A DNA stretch of 64,000 nt from contig JAPFDX010000034.1 in the NCBI GenBank assembly GCA_026168605.1, forward strand, positions 12,887-76,886. Reading direction: 5' to 3'. Source of the stretch: Roseburia sp. GTDB taxonomy: Bacteria; Bacillota; Clostridia; Lachnospirales; Lachnospiraceae. Of the stretch, positions 1 through 8,794 are shown piece by piece. The first letter of the stretch is position 1, and every line of letters starts with the position of its first letter. Below the pieces are notes generated by a model. That model did not search any database. It was not told where the DNA came from and saw only the letters and a list, made by a program, of their open reading frames with translations. A program made the translations under genes and the position numbers.

Positions 1-1148
1 AGTGTGAGCGCGACAACCATCGTCGTGCCCCTTCCCTTCTTGCTGTACACATCGATCCGTCCGCCCAGAAGCTCTATCAGGGCTTTGGAGATTGCGAGAC
101 CAAGACCCATTCCTCCGTACAGCGTCGTGTTGCCGCTGTCCTCCTGCGCAAACGGCTCAAACACATGGGGCAGAAACTCCTCCCCGATCCCGATCCCGTT
201 GTCCCTGACCTCAAGCCATATGACCGCCTCGTCCGCCGTGTCATTGATCTTCTCTGCGATAAACTCCACCTTTCCCTCCGGCGGCGTAAAACGGATGGCA
301 TTGTCAAGGATATTGATCATCGCGCGGTAAAGCTTCGCTGCGTCAAACAGATAGCGCCCGCCGAACTCCCCCCGGATCTCCGGCAAAAAAGTGATATTCT
401 TCTGCTCCGATTTTAAGGCAGCCGCCTCGCACAGCTCTCCGAAAAAGACGTCCCACTCCTCCGGCTCCGGCGCGCACGTCACCCTGCCGCTCTCGATCTG
501 CGTCAGGTTCATCACATCGTCCAGGAAGGTGAGCAGAAACTGTGAGGACGCGTGTATCTTGCTCAGATTCTCCCGCACCTGCTTCTGGTTATCCGCGTGC
601 TCGTCCGTCAGATAGGAGAGTCCGATGATCGAATTCATCGGGGCACGGATCCCCTGCCCCATGTGCTCGAGAAATTCCAGTTTCTCCTCCTTCGCACGGC
701 GCTCTTCCAACAGCGCCTGATATAATTCTTCCTTATGTCTGCACATCTCCTCATAACTGTCTGTCACGTCCCGGCGCACAAACACCAGCGTATTCTTATC
801 CCCGCGGTCATAGGAGATGGCAAGCTCCTTGCAACGGTACTCCTCGCCACAGAGCAGCCGGTAGGGAACGATCACGCGCTCCCTGCCCGCAAGCTCCTTT
901 AGGATATGAGAAATCTCAAGCTGTCTTGCACACTCCTCCTGATCCTCCGGATGTACAAAATCACGGATCGTCCGACGGTTTACCTCATCGTAATCCTCGC
1001 CGTCCGGCGGCATCACATCCGCATCTCGGTCGGTGACGATCACATGGGCACTTCCTGAGTTGATATCCACACAGGAAATAAAATCTATTTCTTCTTTTAC
1101 TACGTTCCTTAAAATGTCCTGTTCTTTTTCCGACATTGATTTCTCCAT
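1..1148 (-). CDS. Sensor histidine kinase-like protein (PAS-like N-terminus, HisKA-like helix, HATPase_c); runs off the left window edge; H-box His replaced by Gln
   Basis: Manual translation from ATG 1148 (GGAG upstream) is open to the edge: FLEHMGQGIRAPMNSIIG, N-box NILDNAIRFT, G1 DNGIGI, F-box FEPF, G2 GMGLGL. Missing from the ORF track because no stop codon is in the window. Confidence 0.85.
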   Translation of the reverse strand, partial: MEKSMSEKEQDILRNVVKEEIDFISCVDINSGSAHVIVTDRDADVMPPDGEDYDEVNRRTIRDFVHPEDQEECARQLEISHILKELAGRERVIVPYRLLCGEEYRCKELAISYDRGDKNTLVFVRRDVTDSYEEMCRHKEELYQALLEERRAKEEKLEFLEHMGQGIRAPMNSIIGLSYLTDEHADNQKQVRENLSKIHASSQFLLTFLDDVMNLTQIESGRVTCAPEPEEWDVFFGELCEAAALKSEQKNITFLPEIRGEFGGRYLFDAAKLYRAMINILDNAIRFTPPEGKVEFIAEKINDTADEAVIWLEVRDNGIGIGEEFLPHVFEPFAQEDSGNTTLYGGMGLGLAISKALIELLGGRIDVYSKKGRGTTMVVALT

Positions 1149-1262
1149 AACAACTACTCCTGTTTCCCAAACACAATCGAACGAAAGTACTATTCTATAT
1201 TATAGGAATTTTTTCCTGATTTTTCAAGAAGCTTTTCAAGACTGACATAAAAATTCACAAAA

Positions 1263-1928
1263 TCACAAAAATAACAAATGCGACGCCAGAAGAAAGACTC
1301 CGTAATAATAGGTCGCCAGATTAAACAAATGCACCGCTGTGCTTTTCTTTTTCCAGAAATACAAAAACAAAATGGAAATATCCGACACAAAAAACAGTGT
1401 GCTCCCCACCGCCGCCAGAAGCGCCGGAAGCGCCGGGTTCACAAGCGCCAGACGCCATGCCTTCACAAAAAACAGCGCCACAAAAAAAGTATAGACCAGC
1501 ACAAACGGCCGGAGCCTGCCCGTGTGCATCCCCTCCATCCCGCAGAGTCCGCACGCCACAGCCACGGCGGCAGATGCGAGCAATATGTCCGTCACGGAGA
1601 TCCGCTGCATCCCACAGAGCCACCGCACAAAGAACAGATGTCCGCCCAGAAAGATGACAAGCCCCAGCAAAAAATACGGTTTCCGGCGGGTACGGTTGTA
1701 GACCGCCATAAAAATATCGCCCACAAAGCAGCACAAAAATGCCGGGAGCATCCGAAAAAACACAGCGCTCTGTCCGGAAATACGCGCAGAAATGACAAAC
1801 ACCGCGAAAAAGGCGAGACTGCTTACAATCTTCGCCCATATGTAACAGCCGCCCCACTCTCTGCGGCAGACCACCGCTGCGAGCAGCGCAAAAACCATGC
1901 TGTATGCCAGCAACATGAAGAAAAACAT
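1263..1928 (-). CDS. YhhN/lysoplasmalogenase-like membrane protein
   Basis: 221 aa, multiple TM helices, with the GD, F..GH and SD motifs typical of YhhN. Confidence 0.7.
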   Translation of the reverse strand: MFFFMLLAYSMVFALLAAVVCRREWGGCYIWAKIVSSLAFFAVFVISARISGQSAVFFRMLPAFLCCFVGDIFMAVYNRTRRKPYFLLGLVIFLGGHLFFVRWLCGMQRISVTDILLASAAVAVACGLCGMEGMHTGRLRPFVLVYTFFVALFFVKAWRLALVNPALPALLAAVGSTLFFVSDISILFLYFWKKKSTAVHLFNLATYYYGVFLLASHLLFL

Positions 1929-1941
1929 CTGTTGTCCCCCT

Positions 1942-3390
1942 CTAAATCTGTTTTCTCAAGCCTCTGGGGTAATGATTTTTCATGATACCGCCCGCCAGCT
2001 TTCCCCAGCCGGCGCCATAGCCGTCCACCGTCACCAGATACCATCCCTTCTCCCCCTCGCACGGGAAGGTCTCTCCGTTTAGATACGCGCGGATCCTTCT
2101 TCCGTCCGCCGACAGACGGACGGTGTGGCGTGCCTCCTCCGGTAAGAGCGCCAGTGCCAGCGCGTGCGACGGCTCAAACCGGTTCTTCTTCACCGTCCCA
2201 AGGTGAAGCCCCGGGCGCAGCACCTTAAGCCCCTTCACCGCAGGCATTCCCTGCGGGATCAGATAGAGCTGTTCCCCAAATTTTAAATACTTCCCCGTAA
2301 ACCGCCCCACCGCTTCCGCGGTCAGCGTCTCCTTTAAAAAATCAAAATATTCCACACATCCCCTGCCGGGCGTCCGGCAGTCGCGCTCCGAAATCCCCTG
2401 CTCCTGCATATTCCGGCAGGCTGCGGCGGCATCCGGCACACCGCCCTCACGGCGCAGGGACGCGAGATAATGTCCCTCGCCTGCCAGACAGTGCGGCCAG
2501 AGACGGATCGTGCCGGAAAGCTCCGGAAGCGGTCTTTCTCCCCACTCCGGCACACCGCCCCTCATGCCGTTTACCGGTGTGAGCGGCTCAATGTAAAACT
2601 CCGGATGGCGCAGAAGGAAACGGCTGACGCTCCCCTCGTTCTCCGCCGGGGCAAACGTGCACGTCGAATACAGCAGTCTGCCGCCCGGCGCAAGCATCTC
2701 TGCCGCGCAGTCTAAGATCTCATCCTGCCGCCTTGCGCACAGCTCCACGTTTGAGAGACTCCACTCCCCGCAGGCGTCCTCATTTTTGCGGAACATCCCC
2801 TCGCCGGAGCACGGCGCATCCACAAGGATCCTCGTGAAGTATCCGGGAAACTGCTCCGCCAGCCGCTGCGGCGTCTCGTTTGTCACCATCGCATTGACGA
2901 TCCCCATCCGCTCGATGTTCTCGGATAAGATCTTCGCGCGCGCCGGATGTATCTCATTGCAGACAAGGATCCCCCTCCCCTGCATCCGGGCGGCGATCTG
3001 CGTGCTCTTGCCTCCCGGCGCGGCGCAGAGATCTAAAATCCGCTCATCTTCGCAAAACTCCTGCCCATCCACCGGACGCATCAGAAATTCCGCGGGAGCC
3101 ATCGCGCTCGGTTCCTGAATGTAATAGACACCCGCCTCGTGATACGGGTGTCTGCCCGGCGCATCCTCCGCGCCATAGTAAAAACCGCTCTCTGCCCACA
3201 ACACCGGAAGAAGCGTCTCCTCCGTGGCAACGTGCGCCGCCAGCGCATCCTTTATAAAACGCGCCCGGTCTGCCTTTAACGTATTGACGCGCAGCGCCTT
3301 ATGGCGCGGCGCATCATAGCTCTCTAAAAATGCCGGATATTCCTCCCCCAGCATATCACTCATTCGATCCAGAAAGTCCTGTGGAAGCAT
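1942..3390 (-). CDS. rsmF: RsmF/NOL1/NOP2/Sun family rRNA m5C methyltransferase
   Basis: YYIQEPSAM, LDLCAAPGGKSTQ, ILVDAPCSGEGMFRK and YSTCTF motifs; C-terminal RsmF-type domains. Confidence 0.9.
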   Translation of the reverse strand: MLPQDFLDRMSDMLGEEYPAFLESYDAPRHKALRVNTLKADRARFIKDALAAHVATEETLLPVLWAESGFYYGAEDAPGRHPYHEAGVYYIQEPSAMAPAEFLMRPVDGQEFCEDERILDLCAAPGGKSTQIAARMQGRGILVCNEIHPARAKILSENIERMGIVNAMVTNETPQRLAEQFPGYFTRILVDAPCSGEGMFRKNEDACGEWSLSNVELCARRQDEILDCAAEMLAPGGRLLYSTCTFAPAENEGSVSRFLLRHPEFYIEPLTPVNGMRGGVPEWGERPLPELSGTIRLWPHCLAGEGHYLASLRREGGVPDAAAACRNMQEQGISERDCRTPGRGCVEYFDFLKETLTAEAVGRFTGKYLKFGEQLYLIPQGMPAVKGLKVLRPGLHLGTVKKNRFEPSHALALALLPEEARHTVRLSADGRRIRAYLNGETFPCEGEKGWYLVTVDGYGAGWGKLAGGIMKNHYPRGLRKQI

Positions 3391-3417
3391 CGCTGTCTCC
3401 TCTACTTTATGTATTCT

Positions 3418-3716
3418 GATGCCCGGGACAGACGGGGAAAAATTGAGACTGACAAATTGCAGAAATAGTATTCTTTTTGTTCAGGGTTCCGAATCCAAGA
3501 CCTTCTAAAATGTTCCGGGCAGGTATTGTTTCCGGACGCAACCACCCTCTATGCGCCATCCGTGGCGCAGTTCGGGTTTTCACCGGCATCCCTGCCGTCG
3601 AATTGCTAAACACCAGCGGAACATTAAGAAGCTCTAAGATTCTCCACATTCACAAATCAGAATACCATTTCTGCCACTTGCCACCTTCCATTTGTCCCCA
3701 CGTCTGCCCCGGCATC
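3418..3716. repeat. ~300-bp imperfect palindrome (about 100-bp inverted arms, central hairpins); candidate structured RNA or MITE-like element
   Basis: 3418-3517 aligns with the reverse complement of about 3617-3716 (gatgcc..cagacg, gcagaaat(a/g)gtattct, gaatc..aga.cttct..aatgttccg). The centre holds TGCGCCA-tccg-TGGCGCA and CGGCA-tccc-TGCCG hairpins. Confidence 0.75.
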
Positions 3717-3753
3717 ACACTATCCATATAGCATACCATATGGACGGCAGATG

Positions 3754-4878
3754 TCAATGAGCGGCGGAAAGAAAATCGCGCGTCAAAAGGTCGCTTTTCT
3801 CGAGAAAATCATCCACCGTATAAAATCCGAGTTTCTCGATCAGCGCCAGCACATACGGGTTTTCAAGAGGCGTCTGATAGACCGCCTCCTCCCCGTAACG
3901 GTTGACAAGTTCCCTCCCGCTCTCGCGGTCCAAAAGCGCCTTCGGTCCGCCGACACAGCCGCCCTGGCACGCCATGCCCTCGTAAAAGTTCGCCTGACCG
4001 GCTCCGCTTTTGATCTGCGCGATCATCTCGCGGCAGGCTGCGACGCCGTCCGCCTGTCTTGGCACGACCTCGATCGCCCGCGCAGGGTTAAGCTGCGCGA
4101 CCGTCCGTCTGACCGCTTCGCTGACGCCTCCGGTCCTCGCGTAGATACGCCCCGCCGCGGAGGAATGCTCGCGCTCATCCTCCGGCATTTTCTCCGGATC
4201 TATGCCCGCAGCGTCAAGGAGCGCCCGCACCTCCTCGAAGGTGAGCACATGATCGACCGCATCCGCAATGTCAGGCTCACGCGCCTCCTTTTTCTTTGCC
4301 ATGCAAGGTCCGAGAAAGACCGTGACCGCCCCCGGATGCAGTTTTTTCGTCGCGCGCCCCGCTGCGATCATCGGGGAGACCGCGCCCGGCACGTGCGGCA
4401 TCAGTTCCCCGAAAATATCGCGTATCATGGCGATCCACACCGGACAGCAGCAGCTTGTAAGCTGGAAATCCTCCGCGGTTTTGATGTGGGTGTCAAATTC
4501 GAGCGCCTCCTTTAAGGTCAGGACGTCCGCAAAGACAGCGACCTCGACCATTCCCAGAAAGCCCGCGCGTTTTAGCGCCGCGCGCACCTTTCCCGGCGTC
4601 ACATCCCCGCCGAACTGCCCCATGAACGCCGGGGCGATCAGGGCGTAGACCTTCTGCTCCTTTTTCCAGAGTTCTGCGGACACCGCCGCCGCATCCGCGC
4701 TTAAGCCCTCCGTATTCCAAGGGCTCTCCGGCGCATCCTGCACGCGTTTTTCGTATTTTTCCGGATGAAGCAGACAGTCCATCTCGCCAGTCTCGTCCCA
4801 CTCCGGAAACGTCCGCCCTTTTGCTTCCTCCTGCTTCCGCACACTCTCGTATAATTCCCGCATCGTTCTCATGCACAT
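3754..4878 (-). CDS. [FeFe]-hydrogenase H-cluster domain protein, TSCCCP type, without accessory ferredoxin domain
   Basis: L1 TSCCCPVW, L2 GPCMAKKKEA, L3 EGMACQGGCVGGP; no CxxCxxCxxxC motif in the N-terminus. Confidence 0.8.
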   Translation of the reverse strand: MCMRTMRELYESVRKQEEAKGRTFPEWDETGEMDCLLHPEKYEKRVQDAPESPWNTEGLSADAAAVSAELWKKEQKVYALIAPAFMGQFGGDVTPGKVRAALKRAGFLGMVEVAVFADVLTLKEALEFDTHIKTAEDFQLTSCCCPVWIAMIRDIFGELMPHVPGAVSPMIAAGRATKKLHPGAVTVFLGPCMAKKKEAREPDIADAVDHVLTFEEVRALLDAAGIDPEKMPEDEREHSSAAGRIYARTGGVSEAVRRTVAQLNPARAIEVVPRQADGVAACREMIAQIKSGAGQANFYEGMACQGGCVGGPKALLDRESGRELVNRYGEEAVYQTPLENPYVLALIEKLGFYTVDDFLEKSDLLTRDFLSAAH

Positions 4879-4893
4879 ACCACCTTTTTTGAG

Positions 4894-4922
4894 TAGTATG
4901 TGCAGTCGGAAGAAAATTATTC
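4894..4922 (-). promoter_or_regulatory. Putative sigma-G (forespore) type promoter for the hydrogenase-like gene
   Basis: Minus strand GAATA-N17-CATACTA, 15 nt upstream of the ATG; matches the Bacillus/Clostridium sigG consensus. Confidence 0.45.
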
Positions 4923-4941
4923 TGCGTGCGGACAGCCGGGG

Positions 4942-5085
4942 CTAGTCACACAGCGCAATCTTGTATTTTACCTTGCGGTATACCTTCCATACAAGAATGA
5001 CCGGCATTGCCAGTACAAGGTAAACCGTCGATAACGCTCCCGCTGCTCCACCAACGATCATCATGATCCAAATAATAATATCCAT
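4942..5085 (-). CDS. Small membrane protein, 47 aa (below the ORF-track cut-off)
   Basis: MDIIIWIMMIVGGAAGALSTVYLVLAMPVILVWKVYRKVKYKIALCD*, with GAGAGGA RBS, hydrophobic hairpin and basic tail. Confidence 0.65.
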   Translation of the reverse strand: MDIIIWIMMIVGGAAGALSTVYLVLAMPVILVWKVYRKVKYKIALCD

Positions 5086-5603
5086 TTTCTTTCATCCTCT
5101 CTCTCATAAAAATCATGTTTTCTTTTTATGGAGAGAGAAATGCATTCTTTTTTCCCATCCGCCCGGTTTCTGTGCCGGATGATCCAGAGCCTGCGCCAGA
5201 CGAGCTCCTTTTGCCGGCATCTGACCACGCCGCAGTGGACAAAAACCATCGCTGCCGGTAGCAGAAGTCCCGTGACCATACACCAGACAAACAGACGGAT
5301 CTGCGGTAAATACCGGTAGCGGAACGCCACGCGCTGGCGCAAAAGTCCGGTGGGAGCGGAAAATGTGCGCTCGCGCACGAGCGTCTGCTGTGCCTGTTCT
5401 GTCAGGTCTGACGCGGACCAAAACTCGTCTTCCTCCGCAAACTCCCCCGGCGCCTGCCCATCATATGCGGGAAACACAGCCGGTCCTGACAGAGGCGTCA
5501 CTGCCGTCAGAAGAAACAGAAGCACGGCAAGCAGCCTGCACCGGAAACAAAATCCCCGGCGCAGCTTTATGAAATTTTCTTTTTTCTGTCTGACGTCATG
5601 CAA
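5061..5603 (-). CDS. Hypothetical membrane protein
   Basis: Open frame with two hydrophobic segments; probable TTG start at 5603 behind GGAG; overlaps the small ORF by 25 nt. Confidence 0.4.
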   Translation of the reverse strand: MHDVRQKKENFIKLRRGFCFRCRLLAVLLFLLTAVTPLSGPAVFPAYDGQAPGEFAEEDEFWSASDLTEQAQQTLVRERTFSAPTGLLRQRVAFRYRYLPQIRLFVWCMVTGLLLPAAMVFVHCGVVRCRQKELVWRRLWIIRHRNRADGKKECISLSIKRKHDFYEREDERKWILLFGS

Positions 5604-5605
5604 TG

Positions 5606-8353
5606 CTATGACTCCTCTCCCGTCTTCCATTCGCTCCGCACGTCCTCCGGCACATCATCCAAAAGGCAGGCACGGCTTTTTTCTTTCTTTTCCTGATACG
5701 CCTCCAGTGTCTGTCTGCCCGCGCGCGCTACCTCCTCCCAGAGATCTCTCGCCGATAAAAGCAGGCATCCTGCGCCTCTTATGATGATCTGCTCCAGCCC
5801 GTCGGAGGTCGCCACAGTCACGCGGTGCTCCCTTGCGTGCTCGTGGGCAAATTTCTCAATATACGCATCCGCGGTCTCCGCCTCCTTCGTGTAGACCACA
5901 TGGATGTTGTGATAGTCCAAAATTTCCGTCCCATGTCCCACCACACGGTAAGCGTCAAAGACAACGATCAGCTCGCACCCGCGGATTGCCTGATAATTGC
6001 AGAGAATGTCCAAAAGCTTTCCGCGCGCGCCGTCGATCGTCTCCCTTGCCAGTTCGGCGAGCTCCTCCCACGCAAAAATAATATTGTAACCGTCCACCAA
6101 AAGATATTCCACGCCGTCCGTTTTCGGACGGTACGTTCTCGTAACGGCAGACGAGGACTGCTCCCGCCGTCCTCTGCCGCGCTTCCACGCTTCCTTTGTC
6201 CCTCTGTTTGCACCGGAAGCCTGCGCTAAGATCCGGTCGATCTCCTCCGTGCCAAGCCAGATCTCCTCCCGCGCCGAAAAACTCTCCGGCTGCGTCTTTT
6301 TCTGCCTCTCCTCCGACGCCTCCGCAAAAATCCCCGGCAGATGCATATATTCTGCGACCTGATCCCACGGCACGACAAAGCCCGCGCCGTGCGCGCAGAA
6401 AACAGAATCCGGCGTGTGCTCCGTATCACGCGCAGCGTCATAGCCAAAAGCCTCCACGACCTCGTCCTCATTGTGACAAGGGAAATAGCCCTTGTTGGAA
6501 AGGGTCAGCCTTCCCTGCCCCTTCGTGTAGGAAACGACTTCCTTCTGGTAATTCTGCATCGTGGCAACGGGCGCGCTTCCCACAAGACGGCGCAGCATGA
6601 GCTCACCTGTGGCGCCCTCGTCTGCTTCCTCCCAGCCCTCGCCGTAACGGATCTCCCCGTGCATCCGCTCCACATCTGTCATCGCCCTGCCGACCGCCTG
6701 CTCCGGCACTTCCAAAACAAAATCATAATACGGCTCGAGCAGCACCGACTTCGCCTGCATCAGTCCCTGGCGCACGGCACGGTAGGTCGCCTGCCTGAAA
6801 TCGCCACCCTCCGTGTGCTTTATATGCGCCCTGCCCGACACGAGCGTGATTTTCATATCGGTAACTGCCGCACCCGTGAGCACGCCGCGGTGCTCCCGCT
6901 CCCTTAAATGTGTCAGGATCAGACGCTGCCAGTTTTTATCCAGCACATCTTCACTGCACGCGGCGACAAACTGCATACCGCTGCCCGGCTCTCCCGGCTC
7001 GAGCTTTAAATGCACCTCCGCATAATGGCGCAGCGGCTCAAAATGTCCGACGCCCTCCACCGTGTCCGCGATCGTCTCACGGTACACCACATGACCCGCG
7101 TCAAACGTGACCTCCATGTCAAACCGCGTCCGGATCAGATTCTTTAAAACCTCGATCTGCACCTCCCCCATCATGCGGGCAAAAATACCGCGCAGCTTTT
7201 CATCCCAAACGATCTGGAGCTGTGGATCTTCCTCCTCCAAAAGTCGCAGCTTCGACAGCAAAAGCGCCGCATCCATTCCCTCCGGCGGAAGGATCCGGTA
7301 GGTGAGTACGGGCTCTAATACCGGCTGTTCGGACGGCTGTTCCACGCCAAGCCCTTCGCCCGGATAGGTGTCATTTAACCCGGTCACCGTACAAATACGC
7401 CCGGCAGTAACCGCATCCGCCGTCTCATACTTCCCGCCCGAATAAATGCGGATCTGGTTCACTTTTTCCTCCCAGATTTCCGGTTCGCCCCCGCCGTCTG
7501 CACCGCTCCTTTTGACGCCGGACAGTAGCTGCTTCACCGCAAGCCTTCCCCCGGTGATCTTCATGTGCGTCAGGCGCATCCCCTGCGCATCCCGCGTAAT
7601 CTTATAGACCTTCGCCCCGAACTCCCCCGGATATTCCGGCTCCTTCGCATAGGCAAAAAAATCCTCCAGAAATTCTGCCACGCCCTGCAGCTTTAACGCA
7701 GAACCAAAAAAACATGGAAACAACTTCCGCTCTCCGATCAGCGCGGCGATCGTGTTATCCGACACCGCTCCGTTTTCCAGATATTCCTCAAGCGCAGCCT
7801 CGTCGCACATTGCGGCATTCTCATAAAATGCCTCCGTCCCCCGGTCCGAAAAGTCCACGCAGTTTTCCGAGAGCACGCGGCGCAGTTGTGCGAGCAGCCC
7901 GGCTTTGTCCGTTCCCTGCTGATCCATCTTGTTCACAAACAAAAACACCGGAATGTTCAGATGCCGCAATAGCCGCCAGAGCGTCCTGGTGTGTTCCTGC
8001 ACACCGTCCGCGCCGCTTATGACGAGGATCGCGTAATCAAGCACGGAGAGTGCGCGCTCCATCTCGGCGGAGAAATCAACGTGCCCCGGCGTATCTAAAA
8101 GCGTCAGCGCACCGCCCGGCAGCTTTAGCACTGCCTGACTGGAAAAAATCGTGATCCCGCGCGCGCGTTCCATCTCGTCTGTGTCAAGAAACGCGTCGCC
8201 GTTGTCCACGCGCCCCGCCTTCCGGATGTTGCCGCTGACGTAAAGCATCGCCTCCGAGAGCGTCGTCTTCCCGGCATCGACATGGGCAAGCACCGCGGTG
8301 GTGATATATTTGAACGGCTGCTGCGCCGTCGTGTTTTCAGACGTATTCTCCAT
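5606..8353 (-). CDS. TetM/EF-G-like translational GTPase with C-terminal NYN (YacP/Rae1-like) RNase domain
   Basis: AHVDAGKTT, ERARGITI, DTPGHVDF and NKMD G-motifs; EF-G-like domains III-V; C-terminal LLVDGYNII..IVVFDAY..ETADAYIE..VATSD. Start moved from the track's 8533 to ATG 8353 (AAAGGGG RBS). Confidence 0.85.
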   Translation of the reverse strand: MENTSENTTAQQPFKYITTAVLAHVDAGKTTLSEAMLYVSGNIRKAGRVDNGDAFLDTDEMERARGITIFSSQAVLKLPGGALTLLDTPGHVDFSAEMERALSVLDYAILVISGADGVQEHTRTLWRLLRHLNIPVFLFVNKMDQQGTDKAGLLAQLRRVLSENCVDFSDRGTEAFYENAAMCDEAALEEYLENGAVSDNTIAALIGERKLFPCFFGSALKLQGVAEFLEDFFAYAKEPEYPGEFGAKVYKITRDAQGMRLTHMKITGGRLAVKQLLSGVKRSGADGGGEPEIWEEKVNQIRIYSGGKYETADAVTAGRICTVTGLNDTYPGEGLGVEQPSEQPVLEPVLTYRILPPEGMDAALLLSKLRLLEEEDPQLQIVWDEKLRGIFARMMGEVQIEVLKNLIRTRFDMEVTFDAGHVVYRETIADTVEGVGHFEPLRHYAEVHLKLEPGEPGSGMQFVAACSEDVLDKNWQRLILTHLREREHRGVLTGAAVTDMKITLVSGRAHIKHTEGGDFRQATYRAVRQGLMQAKSVLLEPYYDFVLEVPEQAVGRAMTDVERMHGEIRYGEGWEEADEGATGELMLRRLVGSAPVATMQNYQKEVVSYTKGQGRLTLSNKGYFPCHNEDEVVEAFGYDAARDTEHTPDSVFCAHGAGFVVPWDQVAEYMHLPGIFAEASEERQKKTQPESFSAREEIWLGTEEIDRILAQASGANRGTKEAWKRGRGRREQSSSAVTRTYRPKTDGVEYLLVDGYNIIFAWEELAELARETIDGARGKLLDILCNYQAIRGCELIVVFDAYRVVGHGTEILDYHNIHVVYTKEAETADAYIEKFAHEHAREHRVTVATSDGLEQIIIRGAGCLLLSARDLWEEVARAGRQTLEAYQEKKEKSRACLLDDVPEDVRSEWKTGEES

Positions 8354-8361
8354 AGAAAATA

Positions 8362-8406
8362 CCCCTTTCTGTGCCTTGTATTTTCCTATCATAGCACAGA
8401 AAGGGG
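8362..8406. promoter_or_regulatory. Perfect 13-bp inverted repeat overlapping the RBS and bracketing the -10 box of the GTPase-NYN gene
   Basis: cccctttctgtgc (8362-8374) / gcacagaaagggg (8394-8406); minus-strand TGcTATGAT extended -10 lies in the 19-nt loop. Confidence 0.6.
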
Positions 8407-8794
8407 CGAAAGTCGATGATATTAAAGCATCATACCTACACAGCACAGTGAAGCCCGTAAAGGTGCGGTTCTTTTCATCCTTAAACGCACTGCCTATGTT
8501 CGCCAAGCCTGCTGCTGACCGGGATCTGCTCAAATATAACTTCTACTCTCTTATTTTCCTGCGCGGATGTACCAGTAGCATGGGCTGTACAGTCAGTCTG
8601 TCTTGTGGATTTCCATGCCGTCTTATACGAATATTTTTATGTCATAATCTGTACCAGCGTGATATTGTATATAACATTTTCCTACATCCACAGAATAAGC
8701 GAGACCAATCTTGTAAACTTTTCCATTTTAAGATACCATAAAAACTATAAACGGGCTACGTCCCCACCACAAAAGAAAAGCGAGGTAAATACGT

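Noticed and set aside
3560-3610. AGGGATGCCGGTGAAAACCCG resembling a cobalamin riboswitch or T-box stem I
   Set aside because: No GCnACTGT B12 box, no GGTGGTACCGCG T-box sequence, and the downstream gene (rsmF) does not fit.
3407-3731. ORFs 3407-3649 (-) and 3477-3731 (+) inside the palindrome
   Set aside because: No convincing RBS or protein motif; the nucleotide symmetry explains the region better.
5606-8353. Tetracycline resistance gene tet(M/W/O)
   Set aside because: About 915 aa with an extra NYN domain, no recognisable tet-specific sequence, and no mobile element context.
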